From Dehalococcoidia bacterium (GTDB lineage Bacteria > Chloroflexota > Dehalococcoidia > DSTF01 > WHTK01): a stretch of 64,000 nt of DNA. The notes beneath the pieces are model-generated. The model saw nothing but the letters and a program-made list of their open reading frames with translations. It was not told where the DNA came from and did not search any database. How positions within the stretch are numbered: the stretch's first letter is position 1; each line of letters starts with the position of its first letter. The position numbers and the translations under genes are program-made. The stretch lies in assembly GCA_035574915.1 (NCBI GenBank), contig DATLYJ010000078.1, forward strand, positions 6,460 through 70,459. The letters are read 5' to 3'. Positions 1 to 8,913 of the stretch are shown piece after piece.

Positions 1-138
1 CCGCGGGATGACGTATGCGGGTTCCCGGCGGGAGCGGCGTTCCGGCAGCCGGGCAGTCTGGTATACTGCGACTGGCCCTCGCCCCGCGAGGGTCATTCTG
101 GTGACAAGGGGTGCCCCCGCACCTGGCGGGGGTTGCTT

Positions 139-1434
139 ATGCCCGCGATAGTAGTCATCGGTGGTCAGTGGGGCGACGAGGGCAAGGGCCGCATCGTCGA
201 CCTCATGGCCCGCCACGCCAGCGTCGTCGCCCGCTATTCCGCGGGGAACAATGCCGGCCACACCATCATCAACGACATGGGGCTGTTCGCCCTGCACCTG
301 GTGCCGGCCGGCGTCTTCTACCCGGACAAGACCTGCCTCCTAGGCAACGGCATGGCCATCGACCCCGCGGAGCTGATCCGCGAACTCGAGATGCTCGAAA
401 GCCGCGGTGTCGACACCGAGCGCGTGTTCGTCAGCGACCGGGCCCACGTCGTCATGCCCTATCACCCGATCATCGACCGCGAGGACGAGAAGCTGCGCGG
501 CGCCGCCGCCGTCGGCACCACCGGCCGGGGCATCGGCCCCACCTTCGTCGACAAGGTCGGGCGCATCGGTATCCGCATGGGCGACCTTGTCGACCCCAAG
601 TCCTTCCGCGAGCGGCTCAGTTTCGTCTTGCCTTACAAGAACGCCGTGCTCACGAAGCTGTACGGCGCCGAGCCGCTTTCCTTTGACGCCATCTACGAGG
701 AGTACAGCGCCTACGCCGAGCGCCTCGCTGCCCGCGTCTGCGACACCGCCATGATCGCCCGCAAGGCCCTCGAGCGGGGCGAGACCCTGCTCCTCGAGGG
801 CGCCCAGGGCGCCCTGCTCGACCTGGACAGCGGCACCTACGACTTCGTGACCTCGTCCGTGCCCTCATCGACCTCCGCGGGGGCGGCAACGGGCATCGGC
901 ATCGGCCCCTTCGACATCAAGCGCGTGGTGGGCGTCTACAAGGCCTACATGACACGCGTCGGCAATGGCCCCATGCCAACGGAGCTCCTGGACGAGACCG
1001 GCAACATCCTCCGCATCCAGGGGCCGCGCCCGGAAGTCGGGACGACCACAGGCCGAGCGCGCCGCACCGGGTGGTTCGACGCCGTCGCCTCGCGCTACAG
1101 CGCCACCATGAACAGCGTCACCGGCGTGGCGATCACTCGCCTCGACGTCCTCGACCCATTCCCGTCGATCCAGGTCTGCACCGCCTATCGCATCGATGGG
1201 GAGGTCGTCGACACGCCGCCCGCGAGCATCTCCGCCTTCAATCGCGCCGTCCCGATCTACGAGGAACTGCCCGGCTGGAACACGGACTGCACCAGCGCCC
1301 GCCGCTTCGAGGACCTGCCGCCGAACGCCCAGGCCTACGTGCGGCGCCTGGGTCAGTTGATCGGCAAGCCTGTCGAGATAATCTCCGTCGGGCCGGAGCG
1401 CGAGCAGGTGATCATCGTCGACCGGCCTATCTAG
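139..1434 (+). CDS. purA: adenylosuccinate synthetase
   Basis: N-terminus MPAIVVIGGQWGDEGKGR is the canonical PurA GTP-binding P-loop. Length is about 431 aa. The ORF tracker began at TTG 133, but ATG 139 fits the family N-terminus. Confidence 0.92.
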   Translation: MPAIVVIGGQWGDEGKGRIVDLMARHASVVARYSAGNNAGHTIINDMGLFALHLVPAGVFYPDKTCLLGNGMAIDPAELIRELEMLESRGVDTERVFVSDRAHVVMPYHPIIDREDEKLRGAAAVGTTGRGIGPTFVDKVGRIGIRMGDLVDPKSFRERLSFVLPYKNAVLTKLYGAEPLSFDAIYEEYSAYAERLAARVCDTAMIARKALERGETLLLEGAQGALLDLDSGTYDFVTSSVPSSTSAGAATGIGIGPFDIKRVVGVYKAYMTRVGNGPMPTELLDETGNILRIQGPRPEVGTTTGRARRTGWFDAVASRYSATMNSVTGVAITRLDVLDPFPSIQVCTAYRIDGEVVDTPPASISAFNRAVPIYEELPGWNTDCTSARRFEDLPPNAQAYVRRLGQLIGKPVEIISVGPEREQVIIVDRPI

Positions 1435-1503
1435 GTGGCAGACGCTCGCCCCCAACCGCGAACCGAGAACCCCCGAGCCGGGAGCGATCCGGCGCGAGAC
1501 CCG

Positions 1504-2067
1504 ATGAGGGCGCTGGCGGCGCAGGATGTCCCCGACCACCTCCAGGCCGGCCTCGACCTCGTGATCGTCGGCATCAATCCCGGGCGGCGTTCGGGCGCCA
1601 CCGGGCACCACTACGCCTGGCCCGGCAACCACTTCTGGCCGGTGCTGTATGAAGCCGGGATCATCCCGGAGCCCATCACTCACCTCGAGGACCACCGCGT
1701 CCTGGAGTGGGGCATCGGCCTCACGAACCTCTGCGACCGGACCACGCGTTCCGCCGACGAGCTGACGCGCGAAGAGCTGCGCCAGGGCGCGGCCCGGCTA
1801 CGGGAGAAGCTCTTGCGCTTCCGGCCGCGCGTTGTGTGCTTCAATGGCAAGGGCATCTACGAGGCCTTCAGCGGCCGCAAGGACGTCCGCTTCGGTCTCC
1901 AGCCCGAGGTCCTGGAGGGCATGCTCATGTTCGTCGTCCCCTCCTCCAGCGCCCGCGCGGCCGCCTACCAGCGCGACGCCAAGGTCGCCTACTTCCGGCA
2001 GCTCAGGCAGCTCATCGACTCCGTGCGGGTCGAGAAGCTGACATCGACGGCGCGGAGCGCCCGATGA
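1504..2067 (+). CDS. mug: G/U mismatch-specific DNA glycosylase (Mug/TDG, UDG family 2)
   Basis: Motifs VGINPG...GHHYAWPGNHFW match the Mug catalytic motif GINPG...N(R)FW. ATG 1504 gives a Mug-like length; an alternative GTG 1435 lies directly after the purA stop. Confidence 0.75.
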   Translation: MRALAAQDVPDHLQAGLDLVIVGINPGRRSGATGHHYAWPGNHFWPVLYEAGIIPEPITHLEDHRVLEWGIGLTNLCDRTTRSADELTREELRQGAARLREKLLRFRPRVVCFNGKGIYEAFSGRKDVRFGLQPEVLEGMLMFVVPSSSARAAAYQRDAKVAYFRQLRQLIDSVRVEKLTSTARSAR

Positions 2068-2597
2068 GCCTGGAACCGCGCAGCGTGCTTTCGCCCCGGC
2101 TAGAGACCTTCCTGACCCAGCTCAGGGAGGGCGAGACGCCGAATCACGGCCGGTTCTGCTCCTTCTGTTACAACCCCCTGCCCCCGGACTTCTCCCGCTG
2201 CGACCACTGCGGCCAGGACCTCAAGGAGCGCGCGCCGATAACCTCGGTGCCTGACGAGGTCGTCGACATGCACGCGCGGAAGTTGCGCCGCGAGAGCCTT
2301 ATCGTGAACTCCTTCGCCTACCTCGGCCTCGGCCTGGGGCTGGCGATCTTCCTGACTATGGTCGGGGTCAACGTCCTCTACCTGGACCGGGCCCTCTGGT
2401 TTTTCTTCATCGCCATCGGCGTTTTCCTCATCGGCAGCCGTGTCCTCGCGGCCATCCTCGGGGGCGTGATCGGCGATGAGATCGGCTATCGCTACGCGAA
2501 CAAGCGGCTCGCCGAAGACTGGGCGCGCCATGTGGCCGAGCGCGAAAATAAGCTGCATGGTGGCCCCAGGGGCGAGCTCGGCATGGAGTCCGGCTAG
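2064..2597 (+). CDS. hypothetical membrane protein with N-terminal Cys4 zinc-ribbon (CxxC...CxxC) and two predicted TM helices
   Basis: FCSFC...CDHC motif, then two long hydrophobic segments. The start ATG overlaps the mug stop (ATGA), implying translational coupling. The ORF tracker's 1707 start is upstream junk in the same frame. Confidence 0.5.
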   Translation: MSLEPRSVLSPRLETFLTQLREGETPNHGRFCSFCYNPLPPDFSRCDHCGQDLKERAPITSVPDEVVDMHARKLRRESLIVNSFAYLGLGLGLAIFLTMVGVNVLYLDRALWFFFIAIGVFLIGSRVLAAILGGVIGDEIGYRYANKRLAEDWARHVAERENKLHGGPRGELGMESG

Positions 2598-2653
2598 CAA
2601 GGCCCGACGCTGGCCAAAGGCTGCCCGGAGAGAGACAGCGGAGGTGACGAGCA

Positions 2654-3553
2654 ATGCCCCTGCCTGACCCCACCGACGAGCGCTTCTGGCCCCGCCGCAG
2701 CTTCGTTGCCCCTCCTTACCCCTACGGCGAGTACGACCGGGCTCGAGTCGTCATCCTCCCCGTGCCGTACGACTCCACCACCACGGCGCGAGCGGGCGCC
2801 CGCGATGGCCCGAATGCCATCATCGACAACTCCGAAGACATGGAGCTGTACGACGTCGGCATCGGCTACGAGGCCTACCTGCACGGCATCTACACTTCTC
2901 CCTCGGTCTCGGTGACGAACGAGACACCGGAGGCCATGATCAACCGCGTGACCGAGGCCGCCAGGCTGTACATCGACGACGGCAAGTTCGTCGCTACCTT
3001 CGGCGGCGAGCACACCATCGGTGTCGGCTCCTTCCGCGCGCACCTATCCCGCTACCCAAACCTCAGCGTGCTGGCCATCGACGCCCATGCCGACCTCCGC
3101 GACGAGTACCAGGGCACGCGCTACAACCACGCCTGCAGCCTCCGCCGGATGCTGGACGTGGTCCCCGTGACGCAGGTTGGTCTGCGCTCGGCCTCCGCCG
3201 AGGAGGCAGAGCTCATCCGCGACCGCAAGCTGCCTTTTTACTCGCCCCGCGCCTTTCGCGCCCTGCCAGACCTTTCGGCCATCGTGGACGGCCTCGATGA
3301 CCACGTCTACGTGACGATCGACCTGGACGGCATCGACTGTGGTGAGATGCCGGCTGTCGGCACGCCCGAGCCCGGCGGCCTCACCTGGGACGAGGTGAGC
3401 TCGATCCTCGAGGCGGTAGCGGCGAAGCGGCGCATCGTCGGGTTCGACATGACGGAACTTGCGCCCGACCTCGGGCCCAAGGCCTGCGCCTACTCGGCAG
3501 CGAAACTCGCCTACCGCCTCATCGGTCTGGCGCTTGGGCCACCGGAAGGCTAG
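2654..3553 (+). CDS. ureohydrolase of the arginase/agmatinase family (agmatinase-like)
   Basis: Arginase-fold Mn-binding motifs GGEHTI, DAHADL and DLDGID; about 299 aa. Confidence 0.8.
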   Translation: MPLPDPTDERFWPRRSFVAPPYPYGEYDRARVVILPVPYDSTTTARAGARDGPNAIIDNSEDMELYDVGIGYEAYLHGIYTSPSVSVTNETPEAMINRVTEAARLYIDDGKFVATFGGEHTIGVGSFRAHLSRYPNLSVLAIDAHADLRDEYQGTRYNHACSLRRMLDVVPVTQVGLRSASAEEAELIRDRKLPFYSPRAFRALPDLSAIVDGLDDHVYVTIDLDGIDCGEMPAVGTPEPGGLTWDEVSSILEAVAAKRRIVGFDMTELAPDLGPKACAYSAAKLAYRLIGLALGPPEG

Positions 3554-3599
3554 CTGACGCCCCGCGTCCCTGACCTCCCAGCCGGGCGGCGCGGCTTCG

Positions 3600-4637
3600 C
3601 TAGCGGGCTGCCAGGGCGGGCGCACGGGCCCTGGCGGCCCTCGGCACGTTGCGCAGGGTGCGGACCAGCTCCCGGTTCGTCTCGAGGAAGCCTGACTCCG
3701 TGTACGCGATGCCCAGCTCGCGGCAGGCAGCCTCGACGTGAGGCTTCAGGAGCTTGAGCTTGTTGCGCGGCGTGCTGGGGAACAGGTGGTGCTCGATCTG
3801 GTAATTCAGGCCGACCAGCAGGAGGTCGGTGAGGAACCCGCCGCGAACGTTCCGCGACGTCACGACCTGCTGCTCGAGGAATGACATCTTGCTGTCGCGG
3901 GCTACGCAAGGCATAGCCTTGTGGTTGGGCGCAAAGCAGTTGGCGAGGTAGATGCCCGTTGTCACGTGCACGAGCATGAACACCAGCGCTGCCTTTGCGA
4001 GAGGGAAGAGCAGGAAGGGCGAGACGAAGAGCACCAGGATTCCCGCCAGCCAGAGCGCTAGGCGCCAGGCATTGCCCCTGAGCGGCCGCCGCAAGAAGTA
4101 GGTGATGCTGCCAAGGCGGTTGCTGAAGCTGACGATCGCGCCAAGCGGATAGTAGTAGAAGGCCTGGAACTGGATCAGCGCCCGCTGAAGCCCGCCCTTG
4201 GCGGCGTAGAGCTCCTCGCTGGCGGCGATGAAGGGGATTTCCATGTCCGGGTCCAGGTCCTCCTGGTTCGGATGGGCATGGTGGGCGTTGTGGCGAGACT
4301 TCCAGTTGTCGAACACCATGCCCAGGAGCGCGGCGCAGACGTAGCCCAGGAGGTCGTTGTTGCGCACGTTGGCGAAGACGGCCCGGTGGCCGCAGTCGTG
4401 CATGAGCCCGCCGAGCTGGACGCTGAAGAACGAGAAGGACAGGCAGGCCAGCGCCAGCAATGGATAGCTGGTCAGGGCGAAGATGGCCCAGGCGCTGAGG
4501 AAAAAGCCGCCGAGACTGAAGGCGGCGAGGGCCGCATAAAAGCCGAGGGACCTCTCCAGGATGCCCTCGGCGACGATCGTGGCCTTGAGGCGGGCGTAGG
4601 CGGCGGCCCCGTCCGCTCTCTCTAGAGCAGACGGCAA
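3600..4637 (-). CDS. membrane fatty-acid desaturase
   Basis: Three histidine boxes (HDCGH, HNAHHAHPN, HHLFP) and multiple hydrophobic helices. Confidence 0.85.
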   Translation of the reverse strand: MPSALERADGAAAYARLKATIVAEGILERSLGFYAALAAFSLGGFFLSAWAIFALTSYPLLALACLSFSFFSVQLGGLMHDCGHRAVFANVRNNDLLGYVCAALLGMVFDNWKSRHNAHHAHPNQEDLDPDMEIPFIAASEELYAAKGGLQRALIQFQAFYYYPLGAIVSFSNRLGSITYFLRRPLRGNAWRLALWLAGILVLFVSPFLLFPLAKAALVFMLVHVTTGIYLANCFAPNHKAMPCVARDSKMSFLEQQVVTSRNVRGGFLTDLLLVGLNYQIEHHLFPSTPRNKLKLLKPHVEAACRELGIAYTESGFLETNRELVRTLRNVPRAARARAPALAAR

Positions 4638-4796
4638 GGGGCTCTCTTCATGCTGCCACTCTAGCGACGCCCTGCCCCGAGCACAAATCGCCGGCGGCGC
4701 TGGCCGTGCTCCCGTCGATCGCCCGCTAGGTCCCTTTTGAACTAGCCTGCCGGCCCACCAGACGAGGGCCAGCGAGCTAACCGATCTCCGCCTGCG

Positions 4797-5027
4797 CTAC
4801 GCGGCCTCGTCGGCCTTCGCCCGCTGGAGGATGATGTAGCTGGCCTCAGTCCGAACCAGGGGGTGAATCCCGCCGATCGCCCATCCTTCCGCGCCCTGCG
4901 CGTCCAGGTAGCGCTTGAGAAAGGCCGTGCGGTTTTCGCCGCTCTGCCGGACGAACTCGACGCCCTCGCAGGAGATGCGCCCGCGAGGGTCCACGTAAAC
5001 GACCCTGTACTCCCACTTCTGTGCCAT
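4797..5027 (-). CDS. small conserved hypothetical protein (DUF4177-like)
   Basis: 76-aa ORF with non-GC-biased composition (WEYRVVYVD...GGIHPL). Assignment is from memory of the family only. Confidence 0.4.
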   Translation of the reverse strand: MAQKWEYRVVYVDPRGRISCEGVEFVRQSGENRTAFLKRYLDAQGAEGWAIGGIHPLVRTEASYIILQRAKADEAA

Positions 5028-5327
5028 CGAAGCCTCCTTGATGGCGACGAACCGGGAGCACGAGCCAGACGCAAATCCAGCGTAGCACGCGCGCCACCGG
5101 GCGACGCTATGTGTGAGCTCCTTAACAGATAGTCCATGCCGCCTGTTAACTACGAACCAGACGCGGCGTTTACTAATTCGGACTCGCGGTCTACAGGAAG
5201 GGGATCTCGGGCGGGGTCCCCTTCTTGATGCCCATCGGCCAGCCCAAACCCGGCGACCGACGGACCGGCAAGTCCGGGGACCTCCGACCTGCAGACCGTG
5301 GTGTGTTGGTCCGCGGTCCGGCGGCCG

Positions 5328-6257
5328 TCACCACCAGAGGACGTCGTCGAGCGCGTCCTCGTCCGGGACCGGCGCCTCCGGGCGGAAAGCAGGAGTGCCC
5401 AGGTACTTCCACCCGCTATCGGCGAAGACGACGACGATGTTGCCGCGCTCCATGCGCTGCGCCCACTTGAGGGCCGCGTGCATCACGGCGCCGGACGAGA
5501 GCCCGACGAACAACCCTTCGCGCATCAGCACTTCCCGCGCCGCGCGGAAGGCGCTGGCGCTGCGCACCAGGATCTTGCCGTCCAGGGCCTTGAGGTCGAG
5601 TATCGGCGGCACGAAGCCATCGTCCAGGCTGCGCAGGCCCTGCAGCTGGTTCCCGGGGTGGGGTTCCGCCGCGATCAGCTGCACCTTTGGGTTCACCTCC
5701 CGCAGGCGGCGACCCACACCCATGATCGTGCCGCCCGTACCGAGTCCGCAGACGAAGGCGTCTACCTGCGGCGTCTCGCGCAGTATCTCGACGGCGGTCG
5801 TCTCATAGTGGGCGCGCGGGTTGTCCTGGTTGCAGAACTGGTCGAGCAGGTAGCAGCCCTCCCTGGCGGCGATTTCGCGCGCGACCTCGAGCGCGCTTTT
5901 GATGCCGAGCGCGGCAGGCACCCACTGGACCTCGGCGCCGTAGGCGTGCAGGGCCTGCACGACATCCGGAAACACCGTCTCCGGCACGATTGCGCGCACG
6001 CGGTGCCCGAGCCGCCGCCCTAGCATGGCGAGGGAGATGCCGGTGTTGCCCGTCGTCGCCTCGATGATGTCCTGCCCCGGCTTCAGGTCACCGCGTTCCC
6101 GCGCCCTGGCGAGCATGTAGGCGACGATGCGGTCCTTGATCGAGCCCGTCGGGTTCTGGCCTTCGAGCTTCGCGAAGACGCGCACGCCGGGCTTCGGCTC
6201 GCAGTTCTTGAGCTCGACGAGCGGCGTGTTACCGACGAGGTCCAGCACGGAGTCCAT
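5328..6257 (-). CDS. cysK: cysteine synthase (PLP-dependent, CysK/CysM type)
   Basis: PLP-lysine motif NPTGSIKDR and a glycine-rich loop GTGGT; 309 aa. Confidence 0.88.
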   Translation of the reverse strand: MDSVLDLVGNTPLVELKNCEPKPGVRVFAKLEGQNPTGSIKDRIVAYMLARARERGDLKPGQDIIEATTGNTGISLAMLGRRLGHRVRAIVPETVFPDVVQALHAYGAEVQWVPAALGIKSALEVAREIAAREGCYLLDQFCNQDNPRAHYETTAVEILRETPQVDAFVCGLGTGGTIMGVGRRLREVNPKVQLIAAEPHPGNQLQGLRSLDDGFVPPILDLKALDGKILVRSASAFRAAREVLMREGLFVGLSSGAVMHAALKWAQRMERGNIVVVFADSGWKYLGTPAFRPEAPVPDEDALDDVLWW

Positions 6258-6372
6258 GAGACCACTGTAGGGGTGCCCGGCAAGCCCGTCGAGTGGCCGA
6301 TGGAGCGCATCGGGCGCTGGTGCAGGATCGGACGCCCATGGGGTTGTAAGGGGCTGCCGCCCTGCGTGATAT

Positions 6373-7449
6373 TCAGGCGCGATTGGCCCTTGCTCGGAAC
6401 CGCAAGAGCGCGAGAGCGGTTATCGTAGCCGCCGTAGCAGCGACGACGCCTGCGACGATGACCGCAGCGCCGTTGTCGCGGTCCGCAGCCGTGTCCGTTG
6501 CCGGCGGCGACAACGCCGACAGGTCGGTAGACGGCGCGGCCGCACGCGCTTCAGCCGTCCGCAGCGCATCCTCGAAGCGGCGATCGAACTCCGGTGTCGA
6601 TGCCCAGACGCGTGGCAGGGTCCCGGCGCGGCCGCTCCCCATCCCCTCCCAGATCCGGCCGCCTCGTTCTGCCGTCGGCGGCGCATAGTACATGAACGCC
6701 GGCGCGTGCCAGCTCCCCATCGAGGTGGGCGCGCTCACGTTGAGGCCGTAAGCGAAGGTGGCGCCGTCGATCAGGGCGTCCTCCAGCGGCGGACTCCCGA
6801 TCGCGGCCGCGAACTCCTCCAGCGGGAACTCGCCCGGATTCAGACGGCGCGCGGGAGCGCCGTCGGGGCCGATGCGCGGATCGAGTCCGCGTCGGTAGAC
6901 CGCGAGGGGGATGTTGAGTGACACGGGCGCAACGACAAGCTCCGCGAACGTCCCGGAGAAGACGTCCCACCAAGCCAGATCGAAGCCGCGACCATTAAGC
7001 GAGGCCATTACGACGCCCTTCGGCAGGACATCGACATTCGAGCGGGCGGCGTCCAGCGCCTTCTTGACGCCCGACCAACGTTCCGCGCCCTGCCAGATGG
7101 TGTCGTCGAGCTGGAGCCACGCGCCCGAGGCCGGGTTATGCACGAGCCGTGTCGCCGGATAGAGGTAGGCCAGCGGTTCGCCGCTGGCTGCCTCCGCCGC
7201 TGCCGCGAAAGGCCATGTGTCGTACAGCAGATAGGCCACGCCAGGCCACGAATCGGGCGGAGCCACCTCGAGGACATGCGGCCCCGGCATCTCCAGGTAG
7301 TCGTCCGTGTAGAAGTGCAGGGCGTGGTCGCCAAGATCGCCGCCGGTGAGGATGTAGCCGGGCGTCTTCGCCCAGACCTGCTCGGCCGGGGCGCACAAGG
7401 CTGCTACGGCGATGAGGAAGCTCCCGACTAGGGCGAGCCTGGTGTTCAT
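6373..7449 (-). CDS. secreted hypothetical protein with signal peptide and a C-terminal hydrophobic anchor plus basic tail
   Basis: Likely start MNTRLALVGSFLIAVAALCAPA (signal peptide). C-terminus AAVIVAGVVAATAATITALALL-RFRARANRA. Only 2 nt separate it from the upstream LuxR/PD40 gene. Confidence 0.5.
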   Translation of the reverse strand: MNTRLALVGSFLIAVAALCAPAEQVWAKTPGYILTGGDLGDHALHFYTDDYLEMPGPHVLEVAPPDSWPGVAYLLYDTWPFAAAAEAASGEPLAYLYPATRLVHNPASGAWLQLDDTIWQGAERWSGVKKALDAARSNVDVLPKGVVMASLNGRGFDLAWWDVFSGTFAELVVAPVSLNIPLAVYRRGLDPRIGPDGAPARRLNPGEFPLEEFAAAIGSPPLEDALIDGATFAYGLNVSAPTSMGSWHAPAFMYYAPPTAERGGRIWEGMGSGRAGTLPRVWASTPEFDRRFEDALRTAEARAAAPSTDLSALSPPATDTAADRDNGAAVIVAGVVAATAATITALALLRFRARANRA

Positions 7450-7451
7450 CG

Positions 7452-8834
7452 TCACTTGCCTCCGGGCGAGATCACGGCCTTCGCGCTGTCCTCCGTCCAG
7501 TCGCACTGGCCGCCCTGGAGGCCGGTGATTTGCTCCAGCACCACGGCGCCGGACTCGAGGTCGACGACCCGCTGGCCATAGGGCCGGTCGGCGACACGGC
7601 CCGTGACGCCCTGGTACCAGTAGAGGCCGTAGCGCCCGTTGGGCGAAGTGCAGAGCAGGCCCTGCGGGTCCGGCCCGGGGATACGCGACCCATCGCGAAG
7701 GTCGACCAGCGTACTAGGTTGGAAGGGTATCTCCGTACCGGTAAGCAGGACGCGGTCGGGGCCGGCCCAGCGCAACGGCGACCAGCGGACCGGAGGCTCG
7801 ATGCGGTAAAGCACGGCGCCGGTGACGGCGTCGAGCACTACGACGGCGCGCGGCTCGTCGGACACGCGGGCGCCTTCGACCGTTCGGGTCGCGGTAGCGA
7901 CGATGAGGCGCCGGCCGTCCGGCGAGAACTCGAGCTGCTGCAGCCAAGCCCCTCCTTCCTCCTGCCATACGAGGCTTCGCCCGGAGCCGTCGAGGCCGAT
8001 CACCTCCACGCGCAGGCTGCCGTCGCGGACGTCGCCGACGGCGATGCGGCCGGCGCTGGCGCTCACATCGACCATGCGCGTCGAAGTAGCGCGCGGGAGG
8101 ACCGGCGGCGGGCCGAGGTCGAGCAGCAGGCGCTTCTCGCCCGACGCCGGGTCCCACTCCCACAGCGCCTGGTTGCTCTCGACTGCGAGCGCCTTGCCCG
8201 CCGACTGGTCGATGTACAGGGCGCCCTGAGGCCTCGTGCCGAGGGCGTCGGCGACCAGCGCGCCGGTGGGATCGACGAGCACCATCTTGGAGCCCGCGTT
8301 CGAAAGGAGGCGGCCCGGCCCCAGCCATTGCATCAGGGCCCCGAAGGGCTGCATTTCGGTGGCCGTGGCAGCTGCGAGGTCGAAGACCCAGGACAGCGAC
8401 GGCCGCGGCGTCGGGGAGGGCACGGCGGTCGACAGTGGCGTCGAAGCCAGCGCGCCCGGCGCCGGCTGGCTGGAGGCTCCATCAAGCCCGTCGCGGCTGA
8501 AGAGAGGACTCGACAGCAGCAGCCACACTCCGACGACGGCCGCCGGGGCGAGGAGCGCAGCGCGGGCGAGCAGGCCAGCGAGCGGCCAGAGGCCGCGCCG
8601 CGCCTCGACGCGCTCACGCTGTTCACGCCACCAAGCGGCGAGGGCGTGGCGGTCGTCGAGGCCGGTCTCGCCCATGAGTTGGCTGACGTGCCACTTCGCG
8701 CCGTCTTGCGAAATGCCCAGCTCGCCGGCGATCTCGGCGTTCGACTTGCCCTCGAGCAGGGCATCGAGCACGCGCTCCTGCTGCGGCGTCGGCCGCCAGC
8801 GTCTCAACCAGTGAAAGCCCTCGCGCTGCCTCAC
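7452..8834 (-). CDS. membrane-anchored LuxR-family HTH regulator with extracytoplasmic PD40/TolB-like beta-propeller domain
   Basis: N-terminal GerE/LuxR HTH (QQERVLDALLEGKSNAEIAGELGISQDGAKWHVSQL), then a hydrophobic TM segment (LLAPAAVVGVWLLLSSP), then about 330 aa with a PD40-like repeat (EFSPDGRRLIV). GTG start. Confidence 0.7.
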   Translation of the reverse strand: MRQREGFHWLRRWRPTPQQERVLDALLEGKSNAEIAGELGISQDGAKWHVSQLMGETGLDDRHALAAWWREQRERVEARRGLWPLAGLLARAALLAPAAVVGVWLLLSSPLFSRDGLDGASSQPAPGALASTPLSTAVPSPTPRPSLSWVFDLAAATATEMQPFGALMQWLGPGRLLSNAGSKMVLVDPTGALVADALGTRPQGALYIDQSAGKALAVESNQALWEWDPASGEKRLLLDLGPPPVLPRATSTRMVDVSASAGRIAVGDVRDGSLRVEVIGLDGSGRSLVWQEEGGAWLQQLEFSPDGRRLIVATATRTVEGARVSDEPRAVVVLDAVTGAVLYRIEPPVRWSPLRWAGPDRVLLTGTEIPFQPSTLVDLRDGSRIPGPDPQGLLCTSPNGRYGLYWYQGVTGRVADRPYGQRVVDLESGAVVLEQITGLQGGQCDWTEDSAKAVISPGGK

Positions 8835-8913
8835 GCCGCCCCGCTACCCGCCACCGGAACCTGGAACCTGAGGACCTGTGGACCTCCGAACATCCGACCC
8901 TCCAGCCGGGAGC

